From Octopus sinensis (Eukaryota), in the NCBI RefSeq assembly GCF_006345805.1, contig NC_043006.1, positions 1,302,001 to 1,366,000 of the forward strand: DNA of 64,000 nucleotides. The letters are read 5' to 3'. Position 1 is the first letter of the stretch. Every line of letters starts with the position of its first letter. Of this stretch, positions 35,599 to 47,932 are shown in pieces. The notes below the pieces were generated by a model that did not search any database, was not told the origin of the DNA, and was given only the letters and a program-made list of their open reading frames with translations. Position numbers and translations under genes: made by a program.

Positions 35599-36124
35599 CA
35601 AAACAATAATAAAGGTCATTAAGATATTAACAGAAATTTGTTCACAAAATTGTTTATTTTGTTGTTTTCTTGCTATTGTGATACGACTAAAATATCTATT
35701 TAATATCTTAGCATATAGTCACTGCATCTCTGTCAAAAACACCGCTGTTGTTATGTAAACTTTAGTAGCAGGTTAGTAACAGCGTGTGATCTTTTGTAAT
35801 ATACTAAATTATTCTAATGCTTGTACCTGATGGTGGGGGACTTTTACAGGAACACTGGTATATGCCGGTTATCCTGCAGCACAACTCAGGGTTCAAATTT
35901 AATATCAAGGCTGCCGGGACCGATTGGGCTGAAGCTGAATTGATGCAATGTTTAACTATTGCTTCATCCAGGTCATCGTAGGGTCTCTTCATTCAAATCC
36001 CGTTAATTGTACAGCGCAATAACCGATGTTATCTCCATAGTTGTGAGCTAGTAAAACTGTGTTAAATGTTTGGACACAGTACATCCCGTCAGCGTCACTC
36101 GAGATATGAAACCTTAAGTTGTCC

Positions 36125-36174
36125 ATAATGATTTATAATGATTTATAATGATTTATAATGATTTATAATGATTT
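36125..36174. repeat. Perfect 10-bp tandem repeat (ATAATGATTT) x5
   Basis: Direct reading. Confidence 0.95.
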
Positions 36175-36559
36175 ACAAATTATAATGGTTTCATGCATAG
36201 GCATGATTTTGTCATTTGAATCGATTTTGCGAAATCACTTCTGTATATTTTAACCAGCAAACAGATCTGGTCATGGCGATATTCAGAAAGGACGAGAGAA
36301 AGTTTTATCAGACATCAAATATGGCAGTCTATAGCCTTTCCGCTTCACTGACTTCCAGCCATATAATACACATTATTCTCTAATGTAGTGTAACAGTGGT
36401 TTTTGATAGTCACCAACAGAGCTGTTATATACTAATGTAGACGGACTAGTCACTACTCTCTCAGCTTGTTTTAGAATACACTAAGCTTTGATCTTTGTAG
36501 TGCGATGGGAAATCTAATCTCCTCTTGTTTGTAAAGTACTTATCTACAGCGTAGAAGTA

Positions 36560-36566
36560 CACACAC

Positions 36567-36629
<63 letters not shown>

Positions 36630-36736
36630 ATGCACATATAAGTATGTCAGTATTATGTGTCTATTATAAAAACATGTTCATATTTGTTCCTATATATACG
36701 TACGTATATATGTAAATATATATACATACATGCATA

Positions 36737-36781
<45 letters not shown>

Positions 36782-36785
36782 TTAT

Positions 36786-36842
<57 letters not shown>

Positions 36843-36920
36843 AATATATATATATGAGTGTGTACATGTGTTCTTGTGCATGCATGTGTGTATGTGTTTA
36901 TATGTGTATGTGTGTAACGA
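36560..36920. repeat. (CA)n and (TA)n microsatellite cluster
   Basis: Direct reading. Confidence 0.9.
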
Positions 36921-37597
36921 AGGATGCCCACACACAGATATAGATACAGGGAAAATCTTGAACATCCATTTACAGACGCTAAACACAGTTGATCATGTGA
37001 TCATGTGTCTATAAATGTAAATGTATTCCCGTATTTATCTGTGTTTAATCTTTGCACATATGATATCTGCAAATTTCCATCATCGATGCCTAGAACAGCA
37101 TGGAGCCGTATAAGTCATTCTTAATATACATCAGAGCGGAAGGTACCTATCGTCTTTACATTCAGCTTACTGTCAGTTTGGCCAACTTAACAACACACAG
37201 TCCCATAATGCTATTCTTGTTTGGAAACCTCACATATCGTACATCCGTTGCAACTGACGAGGTTGATCAGCTGCTAATGTATTGGTTTAGTGCTTTGTTG
37301 TTGAAATCCACTGAAGAATATGCCAGAACGAAATGATTAGAATCGCATTGCCTTCGTGGAGAAGGTTCGGCTTTAATTATTCATTCTTATAACATTGTCA
37401 GAAGAGAGTTGAAACAAACCTGATCTTCGGAAGTCTCGGTAGATGCTATTATAACGTGCTATGTCCTATATCCTATGAGCTCGTCGTTGGATACTCCTAA
37501 TGACTATGTGTTCAGGTAGTGTTGGCTATACTAAATTAGCGTTTTGAAACCCGTGGTTCTCTATGTCATAGCCTGTGATAACATCCATGTCTCATGT

Positions 37598-37811
37598 AGG
37601 GCGTTGAGCTGGCAGAACATTTAGCACGACGGGAAACATGTTCAGTGGTATGTGGTCTATCTGTAGGTTCTGAGTTCAAATTCCACAGTTGTCGACTTTA
37701 GCTTTCATCCTTTCGGGTTCGATAAAATAAGTACCAGTTGAACAATGGGGTCGATGTAATCGACTTAGCCCCTTCCCCCGAAATTGCTGGCCTTGTGCCA
37801 AAATTTGAAAC
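37598..37811 (+). mobile_element. SINE-B2
   Basis: Head, body and B2 tail; TAA(C/T)ATCCATGTCT present on both flanks. Confidence 0.85.
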
Positions 37812-38959
37812 TAATATCCATGTCTTTTGTTACGATTTGAAGTCTGTATTGAAAGCTGATATTTATTAATTATTATGGGCATGTAATATTTTAATGAATG
37901 AATCAACATACCCATGGTGCATATTTGTAGCTTGGTTTAGTCACTGAGATTTTAGTATCGAAACCATGAAATTAAATAACATTGCTTTTCGTATGTAGCA
38001 GGTTATATGCCAAGCGTGTTATCCATATTATTAATGGACGTAAGCTAATAGAAAATTCCATTTGGCTTCGTTACCACTTCACTGCATAGGTAATTGTCAC
38101 TAACTTGTCAATTTAATTTCACTAAATTAGACCACTTAAGAGGAAGAAGCGTATCTCTATTTTATTTGGTCTTGTGAGAAAGAAACGATCACCAAACCAT
38201 TTTGATATCACTGTTCAGGTAAACGTTATCCAGTCTTTTGGTTGTTCGTGGCAACGTGTCTAAGTGTGTGTCTCTGGACGTATGTGTATGTATGTGCATG
38301 TGTATGTATGTGCTTAAAGTGGAACTAAAGTCAATCGCTAATTACTTTTAGGAGTCGTTCATAATTAAAATTCTAGAATAATATAATTAAATTACTGACA
38401 AATCAGTCGGTTTTTGGTTGCAATCAATTAAATTGTCTCAAATATATTAGGCCGAACTGTAACGAGAAGAAAGTTCCCCAACAAAGAAGTCCTTGAGTAG
38501 GTTTCGATAACAAATTGTTATGAATAATAGCTGATATAAATGTGGTTTTATTTTTAGTTGGTCGTTTGGTTGGTTGGTCGTTTGGCTGGTTGGTTGGTTG
38601 GTTGGTTGGTTGATTTGTCTTGTCACCTTTACATCGTATAGCGAGATGGTTCGAGACAGTAAAAAATCGCCACGAAGAGAAAGTATCGTAGACATTGAGA
38701 GGGAGTAAAAGGCAAAGTAGTTATGAGAGAAGTTATACAAATGAGAAATGAGTTTTATTTTAAATTCATTTATGGTAATAAATATGTTTTTCTTATGAAA
38801 ACTTCATCATTCTGAATAGACACCAAGAAATTTGATAACAGTTTCAATATAATAATTGTATGTATGCCGTATCATCTAATATTACCTATGGTGGCAAAAT
38901 TATCTGTCGTATGATGGATAACACGCCAGTATCAGAGTATTTTGATTTGTTTTATGAAC

Positions 38960-39240
38960 TTGTCAGAAAGTGAAGATAATGATCACACGTTTCCAAGGTT
39001 TCCGAAACAGGTAAGATTGTTGTGGTGGATGTCCAAGATCTTCTATAACGATAGCAACATCTATTTTTAAAGTATGACCGAAGTGAGAGATTGCGGAAAG
39101 CTGCAGTTCTAGGATGTAAGGTCTTGAGTAAAATGCCCAGAGTAAAACTTTGGAAGTGAAAGAGACTAATTTTGATGAGAGAAGGATAAAGTGGTGGGTC
39201 GAATAGGTTTGAACAGAGAAGACACATAGAAAGACGCTAG
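38960..39240 (-). mobile_element. Old CR1/L2-group 3' relic
   Basis: Minus-strand SLSLPKF..HPRTAAFRNL remnants. Confidence 0.35.
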
Positions 39241-39431
39241 ATTATATGAGCAGATCCCGTTGCAGCAGTAATGACTGAAGAAATAGAAAAGAGAAACGGT
39301 GTATCTGTTAACTTGAGGCTATATTGCGTGGGTGGAGAAGGAATCTTTGATAATTACTTGGATGGTTTTTTCATGTGTAGTCCGTATTTTTTCTGTTTTA
39401 TTTTTCCTAGTATGTATTATATATCCATTCA

Positions 39432-39432
39432 T

Positions 39433-39503
<71 letters not shown>

Positions 39504-39827
39504 TGTTCAAGGATTTGGACCTGGAGATCTCCATTTCCAGTGACTTCGAGGGGCCACCTCCCAGGGGTGTCGGGCGTCAACGAAGGGCCCTCGACTACAA
39601 GACGACCAAAGTTTTTTTTTTCTTTTCCAAGGTCTGGGGTCTTTCGCCCCTAAGCCCTAGACCATCACCTAATCACCCTTACCCGTCTTATTGCTTAACA
39701 ACAACAACAGCAACAACAGCAGCAGCAGTAGCAGCTGTAGCAGCAGCAGCAGTTGCAGTAATAGTAGTAGTAGTATAGTAGTAGTAGTAGCAGCAGCATT
39801 AGTAGTAGTAGTAGTAGTAGTAGTAGT

Positions 39828-39881
<54 letters not shown>
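39432..39881. repeat. (GTA)n tracts flanking a GC-rich 200-bp insert with (AAC/AGC)n tail
   Basis: Direct reading: 39432-39503 and 39698-39881. Confidence 0.9.
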
Positions 39882-40481
39882 CAATGCGGTCTTATCTTAA
39901 ACTTTTATAAGCTCAGCATCTCTCATTTTTAAATTTATACTTTTCAAAGGATCTGAAGACGATTTTTAGTCTTTGGAATACATTTATGGAAGCGCTTCGT
40001 TTATATGTACAAGAGAGCTACCCCTTATATGAAGGGTAACTTTAGAAGTATACTATTGCCACCTCGTGTAATATCAGGAAATGTGGCATTTAACACAATG
40101 GCTATAAATTAACTTTTATCAAATTTCTTGGTGTCTACAGAAAATGATGGGATGAATGTTAATTTTCGCAGTTGCCTTAAAATATATTTAAATACATTTC
40201 AATGAAACAAATTTCTCATTCGTATAATGCCCCCCCCCCTCATAACTATTCTGTTATTTAGTGCTCCTCCTCCTCTGTCTCTATGATTCTTTCTATCTTT
40301 TCTGCTTTTGTGTATAAAGCGTTCCTTTACTCACTGTCTGCTACTAAGCCTAGTATGTGCACTCATTCTGCGCTCCTTATGTTAATTTTCGCTGTATCTT
40401 TCCTTCTTTCATTTTTTCACTCTCTTTGTAAAGCAGGACTAGAAAAATCATCAGGGTCAATAAAGTCAAACACTTCTAAAC

Positions 40482-40830
40482 TACCGACGATTTAGTAATT
40501 CTGTCAGTTTGCTGCCTTTTAAAGAGTAATACATATTATCAACGATCCTATAGAACTCACGGCGCAAAATCCCAGTTTAACCAAATGCACTTGTTTGCTC
40601 TTTCTCGAGCCATGTCTGGCTCATAAGGGCCGGTTTCCCGGTTTCATTGGTGTATAGGTTCCGCAACTGGACGAGACACCGGTCCGTCGCAGGTGAGCTG
40701 GTAGATGCAAGAGAAAAAAGTGTGAGAAAGTCGTGGCGAAAGAGTCAGCAGAAGTTCGCCATTACCTTCTGCCGGAGCCGCGAGGAGCTAAGGTGTTTCG
40801 TTCATAAACGCACACCCTCACCACCAAGAC
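40482..40830 (-). mobile_element. SINE with C-type body and a different tail, plus shared 3' flank (copy 1)
   Basis: 40720-40830 is the reverse complement of the SINE-C body; 40482-40778 repeats at 43491-43790. Confidence 0.75.
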
Positions 40831-40859
40831 CCACCTGTCTTGTTTTAGTTTCCTTTCAT

Positions 40860-41060
40860 CCCAAATACCGCACGGAACAAATCGTCTGAGCCATTAACTT
40901 AAGAACTGCAACCTTCTAGATTTCCCATCCTGTCTTCACTTTCCCTGCAAACATTGACTTACGTATATTTGTACCAGACATCATCCACATCAATCTCCCT
41001 AATTTAAGAGAACCTTCAAAAGTTAGATGCATTATATCTCTCCTTTCTCCTCTCCTCATA
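40860..41060 (+). mobile_element. Old CR1/L2-group 3' relic
   Basis: PKYRT..LRTAT..FPANIDL remnants. Confidence 0.4.
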
Positions 41061-41420
41061 GCGTGAGTCTCCCTACATCGTTGCTCTTCCTACTAGAAAG
41101 AGTAACCAAATCTCCCTCGAATCACAACTTATTGTCTTTATAATCGAAGGACATATAATAGGTTAAGGGAATCCTATATTACACTAAAAATACAGGTTGG
41201 ACATGGCAGTAATGCTTTTGATTACATATTTGCGCGATAAAGCTTAATCTTGATTGAACAAGGATAATCACCATTTAATTGTTTTTTAATTATATTTTGA
41301 GGGGCTTCAATTATGCGTTCTTCATATTAACTCCCTAATATTTCACAGATTACACTGTGGGACAAAATTTTCATTATTTATATATTTACTTATTTATTTA
41401 TTTGTCTTTGGTCAGTAAGT

Positions 41421-41808
41421 GTTATTTCCTACTTGCTTCTATCTAGAAATCAAACGAAATGACTACCATTCCCTTCAAACTTTGCTTTTTGTCAACTGGA
41501 CATCAACGTTTTGAAACTGACCTATTTTCCATTACATTTCAGACAGATTCAGCACTGGGTTGCTGAAGCAGAAATATCGTTATAGCAAATATTCTGCTCA
41601 GTACCACAGATTTGCTTGTCAGTTGTTTTACCTTTAGTGACTGACAATATGTGCATTTCTGATCATGAGTGGGGGTTATGGGAGAGCATCTAGCCATGTA
41701 TTGAGAGGGATTGAGAGGGACGTATTGAATAAATGTAACAAAAGCAAAGTTTGAAGGAACTCTGAGCCATTTTTCATACTTTCTATGAGTAAGCAAATTG
41801 GAAATAAC
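41421..41808. mobile_element. MITE-like element with ~70-bp imperfect terminal inverted repeats
   Basis: GTTATTTCC..CCTTCAAACTTTGCTTTT at the left end matches the reverse complement of 41740-41808. Confidence 0.65.
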
Positions 41809-42574
41809 GGTTACTACTCAAGGAGAAAAATCGTGTTACACAGTGGTTTTATCATGTCCCTATTAAGGATTTGGAGTGCAGTGTTCCTTACCGAAACCCA
41901 GTTGAAACTTTCTAAACTTTCCTAATAGCTTAGTCAAGGGAAGAAAGAAAATGCCCAAAACACTTTTTTTCTTTGCTTTCGAGACTTGGGAGGAAAGGAA
42001 AAAGCTATCCTCAAACCGGAAACTTGAACCGAAGTGAATAAGCTAAATATCACCCAATGGCCAGATAGTGACATTGTGGTCAGTCCACGGCCCCATAAAA
42101 GGAACGATCCTTTCAATACTCTTGCAGACTGTTTCTGCTTACCAAATTTCCGAAAGTTTTGGTCGATCCACGGTGTTAAACACTGAAATCAAACATAAAA
42201 CTACGTAACTGAACCATATAATTGGGTACAAAGCTATACCAGATATCATGTTTTGCGATTTAAAATTCTTACAAATGAATATCTGGTGGTTTCAGATTTA
42301 ATATTCTACAGACAAGAAAACAGAAATGTCAGAATTTCGTTTTTTGTCATCTTACAACTATCAACACATTAGCAATGTGTGTATTATCTGGTCTGTTACG
42401 GACTTTGTTTCATTATCATAGCTGCCAGATATGTACACTCGTATATCAATAAAATATATAATCACATTCCAATTAACTAATTTTCTGTCCAATAAAAAAA
42501 ATCATATCGAGAGAACTTAAAATGCTAAATATGACTCACAATGGTGAAGAAGGAAGGACGAAATATATTAATAT

Positions 42575-43105
42575 CGGTTTCAAATTTTGGCACAAGGCCA
42601 GCAGTTTCAAAGAAGAGGGATATGTCAATTATATTGACTGCAGTATTCAACTGGTACTTATTTTATCGACCCCCAACATGATCAAAGGCAAAATCGACCT
42701 TGACGGAATTTGAACATAGATCGTAAAGATGGACAAAATACCTATTTCTTTACTACCCACAAGGGGCTAAACATAGAGACAACAAACAATGACAGACAAA
42801 CAGATTAAGCCGATTTCATCGACCCCAGTGCGTAACTGGTACTTATTCAATCTACCCCGAAAGGATGAAAGGCAAAGTCGACCTCGGCGGAATTTGATCT
42901 CAGAACGTAGCGGCAGACGAAATACCTATTTCTTTACTACCCACAAGGGGCTAAACACAGAGGGGACAAACAAGGACAGACAAACGGATTAAGTCGATTA
43001 TATCAACCCCAGTGCGTAGCTGGTACTTATTTAATCGACCCCGAAAGGATGAAAGGCTAAGCATTTCGCCTGACGTGCTAACGATTCTGCCAGCTCGCCG
43101 CCTTG
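42575..43105 (-). mobile_element. Nested trimer of SINE-B (two B1 tails, one B2 tail, single head)
   Basis: Junctions AAAGAAATA|GGTATTT near 42927 and 42743. Confidence 0.85.
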
Positions 43106-43490
43106 TACGAACTTAAATATTACAAATTGACAAAACAAATTAAAATTAAGTAATTTGATGAACATCTTCAAATTAATGCTTAAGACGGTAAGCAATAATT
43201 CAAACAGAAACGGGTGTACGATAATCTCAATTGAAAATATAAAGATGTATTATTTCCATATATATGTGTGTCTGTCTATGTATTTCTAAATGTTTGTGTA
43301 CATGATTGAAGATTGTTTCTGGCGAAAGGATATTACATTTTGGATTCTAATTTTGGTACATGGCCTGCAATATTGATGGGAAGTGGTTAATTTATGCCAT
43401 AAATATCATTAGGAAAGAAAAGCAAAGAAGACCTTGGCGGAATTTAATCTCAGAACATGAAGAGTCGAAACAAATACCACAAAGCATATT

Positions 43491-43790
43491 TACCGACGAT
43501 CCAGTAATTCTGTCAGCTTGCTGCCTTTTAAAGAGTAATACATATAACCAATAATCCTATAGAACTCTTGACGTAAAAACCCAGTTTTACTAAATGCACT
43601 TGTTGCTTGCTCTTTCTCGAGCCATGCCTGGCTCATAAGGACCGGTTTCCCGGTTTCATTGGCGTATAGGTTCCGCACCTGGACGAGACACCTGTCCGTC
43701 GCAGGTGAGCTGCAAGATGCAGGAGGAAAGAGTGAGAGAAAGGTGTGGCAAAAGAGTCAGCAGAAGTTCGCCATTACCTTCTGCTGGAGC
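43491..43790 (-). repeat. Second copy of the 40482-40778 segment, truncated by the Gypsy relic
   Basis: Colinear match including ~100 bp of non-SINE flank. Confidence 0.8.
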
Positions 43791-43799
43791 AGAAATAAA

Positions 43800-44836
43800 G
43801 GAAGATCTGACGCAAAGAACCGCCAAGAATGAGAGTGTACTCTATATGTGATGGAGTACTAATGTACGCTCAGAGGGTGGTCATACCACATACAGGAAAA
43901 AAGGGAATGCTAAAAGTGTTCCATGTGGGACACCCAGGCATCTCTAGAATGAAAGCGCTGATGCGAGGTTTCATATACTGGTTAAGCATGAACAAGGTAA
44001 TTGTAAAGGCTGCTGAAGATGTGCACTGGCAGCGAAACTACTTACCAGAAATTGGGAACCTTGACCGGAAGTGAAAATACCATGGTCCCAATTGCATATC
44101 GATTTTGTAGGCTCGGTAAATGGATATTATTACTTAATAGTAGTGGAGAGCTACACAACAGATTTGATGTACTGGATATAATTGTCTCTGAAAACGGAAC
44201 ACAGTTTGTATCTTTTGAGTTTAATTCTGTGAGATGTTCACGTAAGAACATAAAACTATAGCACTATAGATCGAATGAAAGGGCCAAACGGTTCGTGGAC
44301 ACTTTTAAGAGAGCTTTAAAGAAAGCTAATAAGGAAGCCACGGACAAGGTCACGATCCAACAATTCTTAAGGGTATACCGAGTAACTCTAAACCCAAATG
44401 CGCCAGAAGGAAGTTCACCAGCAGAATTAATGCTTGCGAGAAAGATCAAGTCTGTATTCGATAAATTGTTGCCACTGAAGAAAAAAAATACATATTAGTA
44501 AAGACATGTCATTTTTTTTTTTTTTTAGAATCGGTGATAAGGAATATGCAAAAATGTACAGAAATGGTAAGCAATACTGGGAAGAAGGAGAAATTGTAAC
44601 ATACAAGAAGAATGATGTATGGTGTAAGAAGCAGAAATGGAATGGAAAGAAAACATAGAAATCAGCTTGAGGAAAGAGTCAAAGAAAAGGAACCAACAAG
44701 AGTAGAAATACCGATGGATTGGCTCTATGACACTTTACAGGTTCCAACACCGTTACAAGAAGTCGAAACCACATGCACAAAGAAAAGGAAGAACACTGAG
44801 TTTCTAAAAGTAGAGCCTAAGAATAAAAGATATTGA
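43800..44836 (+). pseudogene. Decayed Ty3/Gypsy integrase region
   Basis: RVVIP..HVGHPGISRMKAL..YW, HIDF, IVSENGTQF, RFVDTFKRALKK, SPAELM motifs across several frames. Confidence 0.85.
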
Positions 44837-44870
44837 GTATATAAAAAAAAATTTAATGGAGGAGGTAGGG

Positions 44871-45189
44871 TGAATAAAAGAAGTTAATTGTTGAATAAAA
44901 TAATTAAAAGAAGAGATGTATAGTGACACTGTACACCCCTCCCGGTAAAAAGTGATGGGAAAAAGCCATTATAAATAGACCAATAGCCGGGTCCTGAGTT
45001 GACAGTTCTAGTTGGTGTCTTGTAGAGCTATTAGCGATAGTAAGACAGAAGATGTTAGTGTGTTACTATTCCGATACGAAAAGATACAACGCTATCCGAT
45101 GACTAGTAACTATTGTGGCTACTAGCGTAAAACGACAACTTCAGTACATCAGCAGTCACACATCACACCAGTGACAGGAAACCACTTTG

Positions 45190-45194
<5 letters not shown>
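44871..45194 (+). mobile_element. Probable 3' LTR of the Gypsy element
   Basis: Follows purine tract GGAGGAGGTAGGG; begins TG, ends CA, contains TATAAATA; no second LTR in the window to confirm. Confidence 0.5.

Positions 45195-45285
<91 letters not shown>
45195..45285. repeat. (TA)n microsatellite
   Basis: Direct reading. Confidence 0.97.
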
Positions 45286-45288
<3 letters not shown>

Positions 45289-45361
45289 TAATCCCTCGAC
45301 TATCGCGGGTGTTACGTTCCAAAGCCTCCCACAGAAATAATTCAAATCTAAAAAATATATA

Positions 45362-47035
45362 ATGTTCGTCCTTCGGTTCGAAGATGACCAACTGACATCA
45401 ACTGATGGTACTGCCGCCATGAGACCGGAGGTGGCTGGTGAGGCCAATCCGGGCAAGGAAGCCCCTCCCACAGGTGGGGCAGAAGTGGGTAGGGGCCGTG
45501 CTACTGGTGCAGGCGGCTCTGTCTTTACGCATCTGACGTTTCTGCTCCGCTGACCGAATCCGTCCCTCCTCGGCTGTCCCTGCTCCCACGGTGATTGCGC
45601 TGCGCCAGGATGAGCGGTTGGCAGCAAGTGTCTCCCAGGTCTCTGTTCCGATGGAAAAGTCTTTGAGAGAGACCTTGAGACTATCCTTGTAGCGCTTCTT
45701 CTGCCCTCCGACTTTGCGCCTGCCCTGGCCGAGTTCACCGTAGAAGAGCTGTTTTGGGATGCGAGTGTCGGACATGCGGGAGACGTGGCCCGCCCATCTC
45801 AGCTGGGCCTTGCGCATGATTGTGATGGTGCTAGGGAGATCTGCCTGCTTCAGAACTTCCGTGTCTGGGACTTTGTCCTGCCAGCGGATGTGAAGGAGGT
45901 TCCGAAGACACCTGAGATGGAAGTGGTTTATCTGGCGCTCGTGCCTTCGGTAAGCAGTCCACGTCTCGCAGCCGTATAGTAGGGTGGTAAGTACGACTGC
46001 CCGGTAGACTTTCAGCTTGGTGTTGAGGCTGATTCCTCTCCGCTCCCAGACTTTCTTTCGCAGTCTCCCAAACGCGCTGCTTGCCTTGGAGATTCTGTTG
46101 ATGGTTTCAGCATCTATGTTGGCATTGCAGGAGAGAGTGCTGCCCAGGTAGGTGAAGTTTTCCACCACTCGTAGGATCCGTCCATTCACCCTTATCTGAG
46201 GCTCACGGTATTGTTTGCCGGGGGCTGGCTGAAACACTTCGGTTTTCTTGGCACTGATGGTGAGACCGAAGTTGTCACAGGCTGATGAGAACCTGTCCAT
46301 CTCGAGCTGCATCTCCTGGTGATCGATTGCATTAAGGGCGCAGTCGTCAGCAAAGAGAAAGTCTCTGACGACTGTCTCCCTCACCTTTGTGACAGCCTGC
46401 AATCTTCTGGAGTTGAAAAGTTTCCCGTCTGTCCTGTACTTGATGTCGATACCGGACTTGCAGTCCCTAAAGGCGTCGGACATCATTGCCGAGAACATGA
46501 TGCTGAACAGTGTTGGGGCCAGGACACAGCCCTGCCTGACTCCGTTGGTCACCTGGAAGGCTTCAGATGAGTTGCCGTCTTCAAGGACTCTGGCTGTCAT
46601 TCCGTCGTGGAACTGGCGGACAATTGCAATAAATTTGCTGGGGCAACTAAATTTTCCCATGACCTTCCATAGTCCCTCCCGACTGACTGTATCAAAGGCC
46701 TTGGTGAGGTCAACAAAGGTCATGCAGAGGTCAAGGTGCTGCTCCATGCATTTCTCCTGGAGCTGGCGGGCGGCGAATATCATGTCAGTGGTCCCTCGAC
46801 CCGCGCGGAAGCCACACTGGCTCTCAGGGAGAAGGCCTTGCTCCAAGTGTTCCAGAAGGCGGTCAAGCAGGACCCGGGCCAGGATCTTGCCTGCTATGGA
46901 CAAGAGGGAGATACCTCGGTGGTTGTCGCAGGACTGCCGATCTCCTTTCTGCTTATAAATGTGGACTATTGTTGCGTCCCGGAAATCTTGAGGGAGTTGT
47001 TCCCTGTCCCACATCGACTGGAACAGGGAATACCG
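45362..47035 (-). mobile_element. RTE-clade (BovB-like) LINE, 5'-truncated, apparently young
   Basis: Uninterrupted ORF2 fragment; short 3'UTR ending TCTTCGAACCGAAGGACGAACA. Confidence 0.92.
45398..47014 (-). CDS. RTE ORF2 fragment: reverse transcriptase plus C-terminal C2H2 finger (538 aa)
   Basis: HRGISLLSIAGK, ESQCGFR, FVDLTKAFDTV, GVRQGCVLAPTLF, FADD, CPTCGRGFLARIGLTSHLRSH; no endonuclease domain. Confidence 0.9.
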   Translation of the reverse strand: MWDREQLPQDFRDATIVHIYKQKGDRQSCDNHRGISLLSIAGKILARVLLDRLLEHLEQGLLPESQCGFRAGRGTTDMIFAARQLQEKCMEQHLDLCMTFVDLTKAFDTVSREGLWKVMGKFSCPSKFIAIVRQFHDGMTARVLEDGNSSEAFQVTNGVRQGCVLAPTLFSIMFSAMMSDAFRDCKSGIDIKYRTDGKLFNSRRLQAVTKVRETVVRDFLFADDCALNAIDHQEMQLEMDRFSSACDNFGLTISAKKTEVFQPAPGKQYREPQIRVNGRILRVVENFTYLGSTLSCNANIDAETINRISKASSAFGRLRKKVWERRGISLNTKLKVYRAVVLTTLLYGCETWTAYRRHERQINHFHLRCLRNLLHIRWQDKVPDTEVLKQADLPSTITIMRKAQLRWAGHVSRMSDTRIPKQLFYGELGQGRRKVGGQKKRYKDSLKVSLKDFSIGTETWETLAANRSSWRSAITVGAGTAEEGRIRSAEQKRQMRKDRAACTSSTAPTHFCPTCGRGFLARIGLTSHLRSHGGSTIS

Positions 47036-47209
47036 ATCGGCCGCAGAAACCTGCGATATACTGAGGAGACTGCGATATAAATTTACATATTTCAGCCAGA
47101 AAAATCTGCGATGTACTGAATGCGTGATAGGTGAACCGGTACACCGCGATATGGCAAGGGATTACTTGTGTGTGTGTGTGTGTGTGTGTGTATACATGTA
47201 CATATACAG

Positions 47210-47370
47210 AGACAGACGTACAGACGGTTTTCATATGCCAAGTTCCACTTGCAAGGAATTGGCCAGCACAAGGCTACAGTAGAAAACATTTCAACATGAT
47301 GTTGTACATTGGGATCGAAACCGGGGCCATACGCCTGCAAAGCGAAGTCCTAACCAGAAAGCCTTATTGC
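47210..47370 (-). mobile_element. Degenerate SINE-A-like head
   Basis: GGTTTCGATCCC B-box and remnants of CCTTGTGCTGGCC. Confidence 0.4.
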
Positions 47371-47932
47371 TGCAGTGGATTTTTAGAAATGAGAATGGGA
47401 CGACCACATGAAAGAAATGAAAATCTTATCAACAGAAAATCTCAGACTTTCAGTGTCCTGGCCTACAGGGAACAATGCTCGAAATGTATAATGCCAGCTA
47501 GACGAATATCTAAAATATTGCTTTGTTTTTGACTAGTCGCAGTACAATATAGCTGAATCAAGTGAAGTGAAAAGAAATGGGGTCAGCCAGGGATTCAGTG
47601 TAATATTTCAGTCCCAGCTTGCCGGAAGCCATTCTGTTGTTTGTTGCATGCACGGCTTACATCACAACTATTTAAAATATTGGTTATGTAATTATGAGTT
47701 GCTTTGAATTGAATAAATTTTTAGATTTTCAGAAAACATTCTTCGGCAATCGCTGAGAATACGTTATGAAGTTTATTGTAATATAATGAACGCAGAACAA
47801 CTGGATTTGACAAGTGATGCGTCTTTCACAATTTCAGCCTGGGGACAAATGGCTAAAAACAAATGAAAATCGGTAAATTAATAATTTTGCTTTCGCAGTA
47901 GCGTTTGTTGAAACGGTAAATTGCCAGAACGA

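Larger units (their letters stand above)
45286..47168. mobile_element. Tigger/pogo-like MITE split by the RTE LINE
   Basis: Left end CAGTAATCCCTCGACTATCGCGG after TA; right end CCGCGATA..AGGGATTACT is its imperfect inverse. Confidence 0.6.

Noticed and set aside
35804-35992. Short open frames in moderately GC-rich unique DNA as host exons (also 6953-7252, 12323-12592, 37100-37336)
   Set aside because: No recognisable domain and no consistent splice-site chain; RNA-seq would be needed.
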